From IMG/VR virus record IMGVR_UViG_3300034156_000107: a stretch of 64,000 nt of DNA; one strand, written 5' to 3'. Below are positions 18,082 through 26,551 of this stretch, piece by piece. Made by a program: the position numbers and the translations under genes. The notes beneath the pieces were generated by a model that did not search any database, was not told the origin of the DNA, and saw nothing but the letters and a program-made list of their open reading frames with translations. This stretch comes from a virus. Taxonomy: Duplodnaviria > Heunggongvirae > Uroviricota > Caudoviricetes. Every line of letters starts with the position of its first letter. The first letter of the stretch is position 1.

Positions 18082-18507
18082 ATGAATCCAGTTATCATCA
18101 ACAGCCCATTGAACTCTTACGATGTTGGTCAACGTGATGCGGCTATTTCTGTCATCAACACCAACCTCACAGCCCCCGAATTCGACGCGGTTTTCCGTGA
18201 CGCCATCAATGACTATCTGGAAGGCTGGTTGTCTTTTGAACCAGAAGTCCAACGCACTCTGGCGATTGCACAATCTGTTGAAAATACCGACTCTCATACA
18301 GTTGCCCTTACTGTTTTCAATAATGCATTTATGAAACAGGAAGCTTTTGGTGACGCCAACAAAGTCTTTGAGCATGAAGGCCAGAAACTTTTGCTGACCC
18401 ACTTCATTGAAAACGAAAAGCTGCCCGCAGATTTCTCTGTTATGAGCTTGGCAGAATGGTTGGAAATGAAGACAGAAGAAACCACTACTGGCTTTCAGCC
18501 TGAGTAA
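18082..18507 (+). CDS. hypothetical acidic protein
   Basis: Promoter tttgttataat; terminator at 18533-18563. Confidence 0.7.
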   Translation: MNPVIINSPLNSYDVGQRDAAISVINTNLTAPEFDAVFRDAINDYLEGWLSFEPEVQRTLAIAQSVENTDSHTVALTVFNNAFMKQEAFGDANKVFEHEGQKLLLTHFIENEKLPADFSVMSLAEWLEMKTEETTTGFQPE

Positions 18508-18660
18508 TTTTTCACCGGCTTCAACGTTTTTAAAACCCTAGGTTAAGTGATCTGGGGTTTTTTGTATCTATTAATTTTAGTGTCGAAAACCTCATTTTTG
18601 CTTGATTTAAAATAGGATCTATCGTATAATACCCCATATCTTAGAACGGAGTTATTACAG

Positions 18661-18954
18661 ATGATTACTAAACAAACAGGCTTCATCATTCTTGGTTCGA
18701 CTGATTGCTATGATTCTCGCAGTGAGAACTTTGTTCAAGGTATTTTCAAGGATGAAGAATCGGCAAAAGCCACTGTTGAACATCATCGCCGTCAGAAATC
18801 TGTAGCGTCAAAGTTCTCAGAAACAGGAAAATATACAGTGAAGCCAGTTGACTATGAACTCATCAATGATGGTCGTATTCTCATCGCTGGTCGGGTTCTG
18901 GATAATGATATATTCCTGTTGCGTGGCGAAGACGAATATTTTTCTTTTGCCTAA
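18661..18954 (+). CDS. hypothetical protein
   Basis: Promoter atcgtataat and RBS acggag. Confidence 0.65.
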   Translation: MITKQTGFIILGSTDCYDSRSENFVQGIFKDEESAKATVEHHRRQKSVASKFSETGKYTVKPVDYELINDGRILIAGRVLDNDIFLLRGEDEYFSFA

Positions 18955-18979
18955 TTAACTTGATTTTGGAGATTTTTAG

Positions 18980-19162
18980 ATGATTACCAACACCGTTGAC
19001 ATCAAAAAACATCGTCGTATTGGATGGACACTGTGGACAGCTCAGGCCGTTTCTTTGTTTGTTGCCTTTGTGCTGGGCTATGCTCCAGCTTTGATCACCT
19101 GTTTGATCTTGGCTTTGTGGATTGGGTTGCGTAGTGGTGATCGATTCGGTGACGAATACTGA
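18980..19162 (+). CDS. small membrane protein
   Basis: RBS tggag; two hydrophobic helices. Confidence 0.5.
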   Translation: MITNTVDIKKHRRIGWTLWTAQAVSLFVAFVLGYAPALITCLILALWIGLRSGDRFGDEY

Positions 19163-19204
19163 AAAATTCGTTGACAAATCTTTTCGTTTGCACTAACATA
19201 GTCT

Positions 19205-19300
19205 CAACAGTGTTACATCCTATCATGATGATGTCGATCATTGACGGTGTATCCATTATGCTTCAAACACCAAAACTCTTATTGGACGCTCTAAGGGTTT
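19205..19300 (+). ncRNA. candidate small RNA unit 1 (promoter TTGACA-N17-TAACAT to intrinsic terminator)
   Basis: About 95 nt transcript ending in the hairpin ctctta-ttggacgc-tctaaggg followed by TTTTTTT. Only a spurious ORF overlaps it. Confidence 0.3.
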
Positions 19301-19356
19301 TTTTGTGTCTAAAATTTAAGAAAGTTGTTGTAATATTCGATTCATTTGTGTATAAT

Positions 19357-19466
19357 TGATCTTAATCGAGCCATATCCACTGTTGTTAACTTGATTTTCA
19401 ATACGTTATGGCCTTCAGCGACAGCAATTCAAACCCTTATAGGACGCTTTAAGGGTTTTTTTGTGC
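19357..19466 (+). ncRNA. candidate small RNA unit 2 (promoter TGTGTATAAT to intrinsic terminator)
   Basis: The 3' part (caaacccttataggacgctttaagggttttttt) is a near-copy of the 3' end of unit 1. A possible 14-aa ORF MAFSDSNSNPYRTL lies inside. Confidence 0.3.
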
Positions 19467-19554
19467 CTGAAATTTGAGAAATCAATTGTGAGTTTTTTCC
19501 ATTTGTTGTATAATAGCTTTAATCTAATCCATACATGTATTGAGGAATTTATTC

Positions 19555-19962
19555 ATGGCATTCGCTTACTCTGCTGCTTATCTCTCCCAAGGTTCCAATA
19601 AACTTTTCGAAGATCTTGGCGTAGAAAAAGGTAAACTCCACATGACCACTTGCTTTGACACCACGGCTCAGATGCAGCCTTCTGACAATATTGATATTGT
19701 ATACAAATCGGCATTGATCGCGGCCATCACAGAATGGAATACTCCGAGTGGTGTATACGTGGTTGCTGAACTGGATGATTGCTTGTGGAGTTCAATTTTG
19801 AATCAGCATTATATTTCCCTCGGTGCTGTTGAAGATTTGCCACATAAGCCCCATATCACGTTGATGAAATCATCTTCGCCAGAATTGGTTGAACAGCTTC
19901 AGTCACTGGTTGGTGAAACCGTCTACTTTGACAGTCATACCATTAAAGTAAAAGGACTTTAA
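19555..19962 (+). CDS. 2H phosphoesterase superfamily protein (two HxT motifs); candidate cyclic-nucleotide or 2',3'-cyclic phosphodiesterase
   Basis: LHMTTCF and PHITLMK give two H-x-T-x motifs about 70 aa apart, the hallmark of LigT/CPDase enzymes and of anti-CBASS Acb1-type enzymes. RBS gagga, promoter ttgtataat. Confidence 0.55.
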   Translation: MAFAYSAAYLSQGSNKLFEDLGVEKGKLHMTTCFDTTAQMQPSDNIDIVYKSALIAAITEWNTPSGVYVVAELDDCLWSSILNQHYISLGAVEDLPHKPHITLMKSSSPELVEQLQSLVGETVYFDSHTIKVKGL

Positions 19963-20012
19963 TTCCAGAAGCTTTTGTGGTCTAATGCTTCATCAAATTT
20001 GAGGTTTTCTCC

Positions 20013-20534
20013 ATGACCGAAAAAACAGTCCGCTTTGTCCATATCTACCATCCAGCCTATTTGGGTGGTGATGTTTATGCGATTAGTCAACCTCATTTGC
20101 ATGAAACAGCAGAAAAGTCTGTTAATATGGCTATTAATGGCATGAAAGAAGGTAGACTGATGCATGATTGCGTTCAAGTTGAGTGGACGGCGGATGATGA
20201 TGAAACGGTTTATACAATCCCCCAAGACTATACGGTTCCAGAAGGTTGTATTGTTCGTTTTATGAACGTGGAGCGACCTAACCATATTCAACCCGATAGT
20301 TTTGTGGCAGGTCAAGTGGGTTTGTATGCCACAGCAGAAGCCGCTAAGGCACAAGCAGAGCGTATTAGTCTTGGCTTCTGGATGGATCGTCATTATGTCG
20401 CTGTTGCAGTTCCTGTTATCTTTAAAGGGCTACCGATGGCTGATGGTTGGGTTAAACATGACCGTGTAAATTACACCGCCGTTCACCGTGAAGAATTGCG
20501 TGTGGTTGATATGACACCTACACCAAGCTATTAA
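20013..20534 (+). CDS. hypothetical protein
   Basis: 173 aa ORF, apparently co-transcribed with 19555; RBS gagg. Confidence 0.7.
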   Translation: MTEKTVRFVHIYHPAYLGGDVYAISQPHLHETAEKSVNMAINGMKEGRLMHDCVQVEWTADDDETVYTIPQDYTVPEGCIVRFMNVERPNHIQPDSFVAGQVGLYATAEAAKAQAERISLGFWMDRHYVAVAVPVIFKGLPMADGWVKHDRVNYTAVHREELRVVDMTPTPSY

Positions 20535-20650
20535 AATTCGACAAAAGGAAGTTTTTATAGCCTAATTCCATCTTGGTTTTGGGCTTTTTTCTTTACAATT
20601 TCCTCATTGTTTGGTATAATAGACCTCACAAACCAACGATGAGGTGCAAC

Positions 20651-20767
20651 ATGAAAAATCTTAACGCAACGATTGTTCGTCTTGTTAAAACCTGTAAGTC
20701 GGTAAAAAAAGCTCTCACTCCTGTCCAAGACAGTAGCTACAAATTCAGCCAAAATTATTTCGAGTAA
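20651..20767 (+). CDS. small protein (38 aa)
   Basis: Promoter gtttggtataat and RBS gaggtg. The upstream part of track ORF 20573 overlaps the promoter. Confidence 0.4.
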   Translation: MKNLNATIVRLVKTCKSVKKALTPVQDSSYKFSQNYFE

Positions 20768-20773
20768 TCATTG

Positions 20774-20938
20774 ATGTCTATTTCTACACATGCCGAAGCC
20801 GTGGTCTTGTTGCAATCTTTGCAAGAACAACTCAATGATCCGGCTCATGCTCTTTGGCTTTCCGAAAATCCTGAATATCTTTCTAGGATTAATGCATTGG
20901 TGTCTGAAATTCGATCTAAATTAAAAAATAGGAGTTAA
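20774..20938 (+). CDS. small protein (54 aa)
   Basis: ATG 6 nt after the previous stop. MSISTHAEAVVLLQSLQEQLNDPAHALWLSENPEYLSRINALVSEIRSKLKNRS; below the ORF-track length cutoff. Confidence 0.45.
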   Translation: MSISTHAEAVVLLQSLQEQLNDPAHALWLSENPEYLSRINALVSEIRSKLKNRS

Positions 20939-20946
20939 TATTTACT

Positions 20947-21147
20947 ATGCGTTTAAAACCTAATTTTCTACGAACCGTTGATCCTAAAAATTTCAACAAT
21001 GCTAATTTTGATGTAAATGTAATGTCCATTTCAAGTCGCCAACGACTTGATTCTAACTTATCCCTCATTGTTGTTGATGGTCGTGAACATCATGTTTACA
21101 CCTCTGAATTGAAAGAGTTAGTTAATCTTCCAGATTCTTATAGCTGA
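20947..21147 (+). CDS. hypothetical protein
   Basis: RBS aggag; 66 aa. Confidence 0.55.
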   Translation: MRLKPNFLRTVDPKNFNNANFDVNVMSISSRQRLDSNLSLIVVDGREHHVYTSELKELVNLPDSYS

Positions 21148-21148
21148 T

Positions 21149-21964
21149 ATGACTGACCATCAGAAATCACTCACAGAAGCCTATCGTGAGTTTGGTGAAG
21201 ACTTGAATAGCTCTGCCACTGTGGTAGAGCTTCGTCGTATGCGTAATATTAATGCTGACACTATGTTCTACACCTCAACTCGCGTTAGTCATCCTTGTTT
21301 TGAAAATGAATTCAGTGTTACTACCCCTGTGGCTTATCTGAATCGGACTGAACTTTATTTGCCTGCCATTCAGCTTTTCAAAGATATTCAAAAAACAGAT
21401 TTTTCAAACATTCACAATGTTCTGGATGTGGTGCTTACCTCGGGTATTGAATGTTGTATATTTTCGGAAGGTGATCACCAGTTCAAAAGTTATTTGACGA
21501 TGAAAGATTCATTTTTTTCAGGTATTCAGTCTTGCTATGATTTTGCGGTAAAACATTATGGGCTTCTTCGCATTCAAGAGCATGAGAAACGTAAACGAAT
21601 GCTGAGTATGCATTTGAATTTTGAACTTGGTGTGTGCCGTGAAGGTGCTTTTGTCCAAGCAAAATTTACGGTGCCTACTCGTTACAAGCCTTTTGACATT
21701 ATGCTTTATGAGCTGAACCAAAGATTTTACCTCTCGGTACCGAAAGAATCAAAAGACGTTCAACACCCAGAGAATGAAACGTTTGTTTTTGAGGGTGAAC
21801 ATGCACAAGCTGATATCTATAAACTCGTTCATGAGCGGTATAGACATCGTGTCTTTTATTCCAACTTTAAGAAGCAATTTGACCGATATTATGATGATGA
21901 TATTCAACTAGATGGTATTGACTTGTGGTCAACCGTTCAGCTTATGGACGCAATAAAAATGTAG
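21149..21964 (+). CDS. hypothetical protein
   Basis: 271 aa ORF abutting the previous gene. Confidence 0.75.
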   Translation: MTDHQKSLTEAYREFGEDLNSSATVVELRRMRNINADTMFYTSTRVSHPCFENEFSVTTPVAYLNRTELYLPAIQLFKDIQKTDFSNIHNVLDVVLTSGIECCIFSEGDHQFKSYLTMKDSFFSGIQSCYDFAVKHYGLLRIQEHEKRKRMLSMHLNFELGVCREGAFVQAKFTVPTRYKPFDIMLYELNQRFYLSVPKESKDVQHPENETFVFEGEHAQADIYKLVHERYRHRVFYSNFKKQFDRYYDDDIQLDGIDLWSTVQLMDAIKM

Positions 21965-22023
21965 TCACCATTGACGAAAACAACATTTTGATCTATAATT
22001 GTCGGACACATTAGGAGTATAGA

Positions 22024-22506
22024 ATGCAAGAATTGGCATCAGTAATTAAAGAATTTATGTTGAAACGAGGTGAAACCATCTCGGTTGCTGAAAGCCTCAC
22101 CAGTGGCTATCTGCAGGCTCATATGTCCGCAGTAGCAGGATCTTCCAAGTATTTCTCGGGTGGTATCACCGCCTACAATATCGACATGAAGGTTAAGTTT
22201 TTGAATGTTGATCGAGCGAACGCTGAAATCTGTGATTGCGTCAGTGAACAAACAGCTATTGAAATGGCGAAAGGTGTTGTTGAACTTTTTGATACTGATT
22301 ATGGTGTTGCGACCACGGGTTATGTGGATAAAGAGAACTCGAAAGGAATGGCCCATGCTTATTTTGCCATCTACTCACGCAGAGATCGCAAATTGCACAG
22401 CTTCTTTATGTCTTGCACCCATTTGGAAGAAAGAACAGCAATTCAGGCATATTTTGCTAGACTTGCGACCGAAAAGTTGGTAAAATTCTTAACAGTTGAC
22501 CTCTAA
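22024..22506 (+). CDS. CinA C-terminal domain protein (PncC-type NMN amidohydrolase family)
   Basis: ISVAESLTSGYLQAHMSAVAGSSKYFSGGITAYNIDMKVKFLNV aligns with E. coli PncC [45 protein letters not shown]. Length 160 aa. Promoter gatctataat and RBS aggagt. Confidence 0.8.
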   Translation: MQELASVIKEFMLKRGETISVAESLTSGYLQAHMSAVAGSSKYFSGGITAYNIDMKVKFLNVDRANAEICDCVSEQTAIEMAKGVVELFDTDYGVATTGYVDKENSKGMAHAYFAIYSRRDRKLHSFFMSCTHLEERTAIQAYFARLATEKLVKFLTVDL

Positions 22507-22532
22507 CCAATTTTAAAAAGGCTCTCTTAATC

Positions 22533-22979
22533 ATGCAAACTATCAAAGCAGCAACCAATCAAGAACTGGTTTTGGTACGTGGTCACTCGGGCAGTGGTAA
22601 ATCCACTTTCGCAGGTTCTTTTGTTCCTTTCGGCTACAAGCATTTTGAAAACGACAGTTTCTTTGTCGGTGAAGACGGCGTTTACACCTTCGATTTTGCA
22701 TTCCATCAGGTTGCCAAGGACGAGTGTGTCAAGAAAGCCGTTCAAGCTTTGCTGGATGGTGAATCGGTGGTGGTGAGCAACACCTTCACCAAAGTGGTTG
22801 AAATGGACTCGCTGGTTTCTTTCGCCAAAGAGTTGGGCATTGATATTCGAATTTTCGAAATGGAAAACGATTATGCCAACACCCACAACGTACCAGAAGC
22901 TGTTATTGTCGAAAAGAAGGCCGCTTTTGAGCCGATTGAGACTGCTTTGAAGGTCAAAGGTGATTATGTAATCGTTTGA
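22533..22979 (+). CDS. P-loop kinase resembling the 5'-kinase domain of T4 polynucleotide kinase (no phosphatase domain)
   Basis: Walker A GHSGSGKST matches T4 Pnk GCPGSGKST. The downstream HFENDSF and VVSNTF segments parallel Pnk NRDDYR and ISDTNL. Starts 26 nt after the CinA gene; terminator follows. Confidence 0.65.
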   Translation: MQTIKAATNQELVLVRGHSGSGKSTFAGSFVPFGYKHFENDSFFVGEDGVYTFDFAFHQVAKDECVKKAVQALLDGESVVVSNTFTKVVEMDSLVSFAKELGIDIRIFEMENDYANTHNVPEAVIVEKKAAFEPIETALKVKGDYVIV

Positions 22980-23126
22980 TCGAATACGCTTTAAAATGAG
23001 CCTCACAGATGTGGGGCTTTTTATTTCTCAAAATTATCTTTTTTGGTTAAGCCGTATAGAAAAGAATTGCCTAAAATCTTATTTTTGTGTATAATTGCAC
23101 CATAAACAAAGAAAAGGAATAGACAC

Positions 23127-23381
23127 ATGATTCGTTTTGCTCAAATCTATCGGAACAATGATGACAAATGGTTTCTGCAGATTGCCAAGAAATACGATCT
23201 CACTGTGGTCGATACTGCTTGGCAAGACAGTGACGAACTGGGTGATGCCTGCTTGACGCCTTCGGTTGACATCGAAGCTGAGATTATTGCTTGTTCCAGT
23301 GAAGCTGACGCTATGCTTCAGTTGTCGGTTCATTATGCCAACGAATACCACAAGCATACAGCCATCAAAGCTCCTTACTAA
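23127..23381 (+). CDS. hypothetical protein
   Basis: Promoter tttgtgtataat; 84 aa. Confidence 0.65.
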   Translation: MIRFAQIYRNNDDKWFLQIAKKYDLTVVDTAWQDSDELGDACLTPSVDIEAEIIACSSEADAMLQLSVHYANEYHKHTAIKAPY

Positions 23382-23412
23382 AACCACGTATACTCAGCAG
23401 TGATTATCCAAC

Positions 23413-23862
23413 ATGGCTAAGAAGATTAAACCAAAGTTTACACTTCCAGAACCACCAAGCGTTGACGTTCTTCGTTTGGAAACGGTTGATGGTTGTGGTA
23501 TCTACAAGAGTAAGCCTAACACTACGGGATCTTCTTGGGGAGCGGTGACTACTACTGAAGAATCCCTTTGGTGCCTAGTTACCAATAACTTTCAAGATAG
23601 CTCATTACATCCTAATCCTTGCCAAGAGTTTGGTCTTGAGATGGATTACTGGCCTGAACTTTTTTGTGGGTTTTCCAACTTGGATCAATACCGTAACTGG
23701 TTGTTTAATCCTTATTGGAGACGGGCATTTGCAGAACGTGGTGTAAAAATGGTTACTTACAAAGTTCCACGGGAAGAAGTAAAATTTGGTCGTAAACAAA
23801 TCCTGTTTAATAAAAGCATGGCGACGAAAATCAAAGAAGAATCTTTGTCTAATTACTTTTAA
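23413..23862 (+). CDS. hypothetical protein
   Basis: 149 aa ORF. Confidence 0.65.
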   Translation: MAKKIKPKFTLPEPPSVDVLRLETVDGCGIYKSKPNTTGSSWGAVTTTEESLWCLVTNNFQDSSLHPNPCQEFGLEMDYWPELFCGFSNLDQYRNWLFNPYWRRAFAERGVKMVTYKVPREEVKFGRKQILFNKSMATKIKEESLSNYF

Positions 23863-23925
23863 TTAAAAAAACTCATAAATGTATTTTTTGTGGTATAATC
23901 ATTCAAATTATTGAGGAATGCCAGA

Positions 23926-24414
23926 ATGTCAAATTTTGAAGTCGGTGATGTGGTTATCAATCTGAATCAACTCCACCTTTGGAATAACACCTATTACGCT
24001 AACCGTTTTATTTCAGCTATGCGGGAAACTGTGACGGCAGTGAATGGCGATCTATTTACCACTGATCGTAAGCAATCTTTGTCTGAACCGGTTTCTGATA
24101 AAAGCATGGACGCTCAACGTATTTTCCGTCAAGAAGATGGCCGTTGCATTGCGGATTCCAGCAGCTTTCGCTATAACCTGACCAAACATCCAGAAAGCAT
24201 TCTTTACCGTGTGAATGCCTATTTCGACGCAGGTTACGAAAAATTCAAAGCGGACGACAAAGAAGCCATTAATGACATTGAAAATCAAATTGCAGTGCTT
24301 CAACAAAAATTGAATGATATCTATTCTGGTAATCGTCCACTGACATCCAAGCAAACAGTTCGGGAACACCATGACGAGTGTGTAAAGGCTGTTATGGCAC
24401 AATTGAAAATCTGA
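23926..24414 (+). CDS. hypothetical protein
   Basis: Promoter tttgtggtataat and RBS gagga. Start chosen at MSNFEVGD, in frame with track ORF 23911. Confidence 0.7.
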   Translation: MSNFEVGDVVINLNQLHLWNNTYYANRFISAMRETVTAVNGDLFTTDRKQSLSEPVSDKSMDAQRIFRQEDGRCIADSSSFRYNLTKHPESILYRVNAYFDAGYEKFKADDKEAINDIENQIAVLQQKLNDIYSGNRPLTSKQTVREHHDECVKAVMAQLKI

Positions 24415-24443
24415 CGTTTGGAAACAAAGATGGTTTAAAAAAG

Positions 24444-24473
24444 CTTTGACATCGATCTCTAATTATCGTATAA
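24444..24473 (+). promoter_or_regulatory. promoter TTTGAC-N18-TATAAT
   Basis: gctttgacatcgatctctaattatcgTATAAT. The transcript would start near 24480. Confidence 0.5.
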
Positions 24474-24479
24474 TTGTTG

Positions 24480-24806
24480 CATCCGATACGGGATCAATTC
24501 TGTTCTCGTATGGCACATTCTGTTGTCAATTTTTTTGACATTGGGAGCATTGGGAGGTCTAATGTGCAGACACCCATTTCGCTGGGATTGGCCTCGACCA
24601 GTGAGGACTGCAAGGGGGAAACGCTATTAACTTTCTTCGCTAGAAAGGATCGAAAGATTATGGTAAAAGTGTTCTGTTTGCGACAGCACTGCAATCTGAC
24701 TCGCTCAGATTGTATTAGAGAGATCCTTCGATGAAGTTTTCTTTAATACAATTTCAATGAATCAAAATAAACATAAACCCTTTTGGTGTGAGCCATTAGG
24801 GTTTTT
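24480..24806 (+). other. promoter-to-terminator transcript without a convincing ORF (candidate ncRNA or small-peptide mRNA)
   Basis: Starts with a 10-bp hairpin (ccgatacggga/tctcgtatgg). GC-rich segment at 24560-24640. Perfect hairpin aatctga-ctcgc-tcagatt. The only ORF (track 24474, TTG start, no RBS) is Cys/Arg-rich. Terminator accct...agggt followed by TTTTTT at 24778-24806. Confidence 0.3.
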
Positions 24807-25003
24807 TATTGTTCTTTTTTCTTTAAATCTTCTAAAAACCTGTTCTGGTGGATTTACAAACTTTGAATTTTCTGCTAAAATAAAGGATCAAATTTCATTT
24901 ATGTTATTTTTGAAAAAACTTAGAAATGATTGAAAAAACTGTTGTCATGGATTGAGTTCGTTGGTATAATTACCCCACACAAACAGAGACGGAGTTACAC
25001 AAG

Positions 25004-25357
25004 ATGACCACTTCCAAAGTAGCAGTTGCGAACGCCGACCGCACTACCGAAGATCTGACCAATGCTCTTGAAAAACTTCGCCAGATGATGGTTGCTGACT
25101 ACAACAGCGATGGTTACAACCTTGGCTATAATGTGGAATTTGAATTCCGTCAAAAATATGTTCGCCTTATTCACACCGATGGCAAAAGCAAAAGTGGTAG
25201 CTGTGCCGGGTGGATTGTTATCGAACGTGACAATAAACAATTTGAGTTCGGTGCTTTGTTGAAATCTGCTGGTCGCCAAGGACCAGCTAAAAACTTCTCA
25301 CGCGGCAATGTGTTTGACCTCGAAGGGAAGACCATTCGCTGGACTGGTATCCAGTAA
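25004..25357 (+). CDS. hypothetical protein, tandem paralogue family (copy 1 of 3)
   Basis: Promoter ggtataat plus leader ccacacaaacagagacggagttacacaag. Terminator aaaaggggcttcggccctttttt. Confidence 0.75.
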   Translation: MTTSKVAVANADRTTEDLTNALEKLRQMMVADYNSDGYNLGYNVEFEFRQKYVRLIHTDGKSKSGSCAGWIVIERDNKQFEFGALLKSAGRQGPAKNFSRGNVFDLEGKTIRWTGIQ

Positions 25358-25368
25358 CACTAACTATA

Positions 25369-25394
25369 GAAAAGGGGCTTCGGCCCTTTTTTTG
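25369..25394 (+). terminator. intrinsic terminator
   Basis: aaaggggc-ttcg-gcccttttttt; repeated after each paralogue. Confidence 0.75.
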
Positions 25395-25496
25395 ATCTTT
25401 ATTTTTATTATTTTTCATATAGTATCGAAAAATGTTGTTTTTGATGAAAAACGTTGTTATAATTACCCTACACAAACAGAGATGGAGTTACACAAG

Positions 25497-25847
25497 ATGA
25501 CCACTTCCCAAGTAGCTGTTGCAAACGCCGACCGCACTACCGAAGAATTGACCGAAGGTCTTGAAAAGCTTCGTAAACTCATGATTGCGGACTATGATCG
25601 CACTGGTTTCAACATGGGTTATGACATTGAGTTTGAATTTGGATCGAAATACATCCGGGTTATTCACAACAATGGCCGTGGTAGCCGTAGCTGTTCAGGT
25701 TTTGTCTGCTGCGACCGTAACCACAAAAAGTTCGAATTTGGTGCCTTGCTGAAAGACGCTGGCTGGAAGGCTCCGGCCATGAACAAGGCTCGCGGTAGTG
25801 TGTTTGCACTCGAAGGCAAAACGATTGCATGGACGGGCATCCAGTAA
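25497..25847 (+). CDS. hypothetical protein, tandem paralogue family (copy 2 of 3)
   Basis: Same leader cacaaacagagatggagttacacaagATG. Track ORF 25308 extended upstream through the promoter. Confidence 0.75.
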   Translation: MTTSQVAVANADRTTEELTEGLEKLRKLMIADYDRTGFNMGYDIEFEFGSKYIRVIHNNGRGSRSCSGFVCCDRNHKKFEFGALLKDAGWKAPAMNKARGSVFALEGKTIAWTGIQ

Positions 25848-26065
25848 AACTGACCAGATAAAAGGGGCTTCGGCCCTTTTTTTGATCTTTTATTTTCATT
25901 AATTGGCTCTGTTGGCTTGCTTGGATCTCTTTTTTTATGGTAAAATTAAGGATCTTTTTCTAACTACTTATTCATAAAACATTTTAAAAATTTGACTAAA
26001 AATGTTGTTTTTGATTATTTTCTTTGTTATAATTATCACACACAAACAGAGATGGAGTTACAGCG

Positions 26066-26431
26066 ATGAACACTTCCCAAGCAGTTGCAAAAGTAGTTAC
26101 TCACGCTGACACCGAGAACAAAACTGTTGAAGAACTTCTTGAAGCAATGGAAACTCTTCGTCAAATCATGGTTGAAAACTATGGTGACAACTCAGGTCGT
26201 AATGAATATGATGTCTATTTCGAAGCTGGTTCCAAATACACTCGCCTCTACTACAAAACCAGTTGCCAACGCATGTGCCTTGGCTTTATCGTGAACACCA
26301 AGAGCCACAAGAAGTTCCCATTTGGCACGCTCTTGATGTCAGCCGGTTGGAAAGCACCAGCAGTCAATAAAGGGCGTGGCAACATCTTTAATCTTGAAGG
26401 TAAAACTGTTCAGTGGACAGGCATTCAATAA
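26066..26431 (+). CDS. hypothetical protein, tandem paralogue family (copy 3 of 3)
   Basis: Same leader. Conserved C-terminus GKT(I/V)xWTGIQ in all three copies. Confidence 0.75.
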   Translation: MNTSQAVAKVVTHADTENKTVEELLEAMETLRQIMVENYGDNSGRNEYDVYFEAGSKYTRLYYKTSCQRMCLGFIVNTKSHKKFPFGTLLMSAGWKAPAVNKGRGNIFNLEGKTVQWTGIQ

Positions 26432-26551
26432 TTCGAATGTCGCTAACAAAAGAAAGGGCTTCGGCCCTTTTTTGCTATCTTCTTTTTCATTATATCTATC
26501 ATTGTTGAGCGATTTATGATATTATAGTCCAAACATTTCGAGGTTTTTTAA

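Noticed and set aside
19171-19359. ORF 19171..19359 (62 aa)
   Set aside because: It spans an intrinsic terminator and the following promoter, has no RBS, and no coherent protein-like composition.
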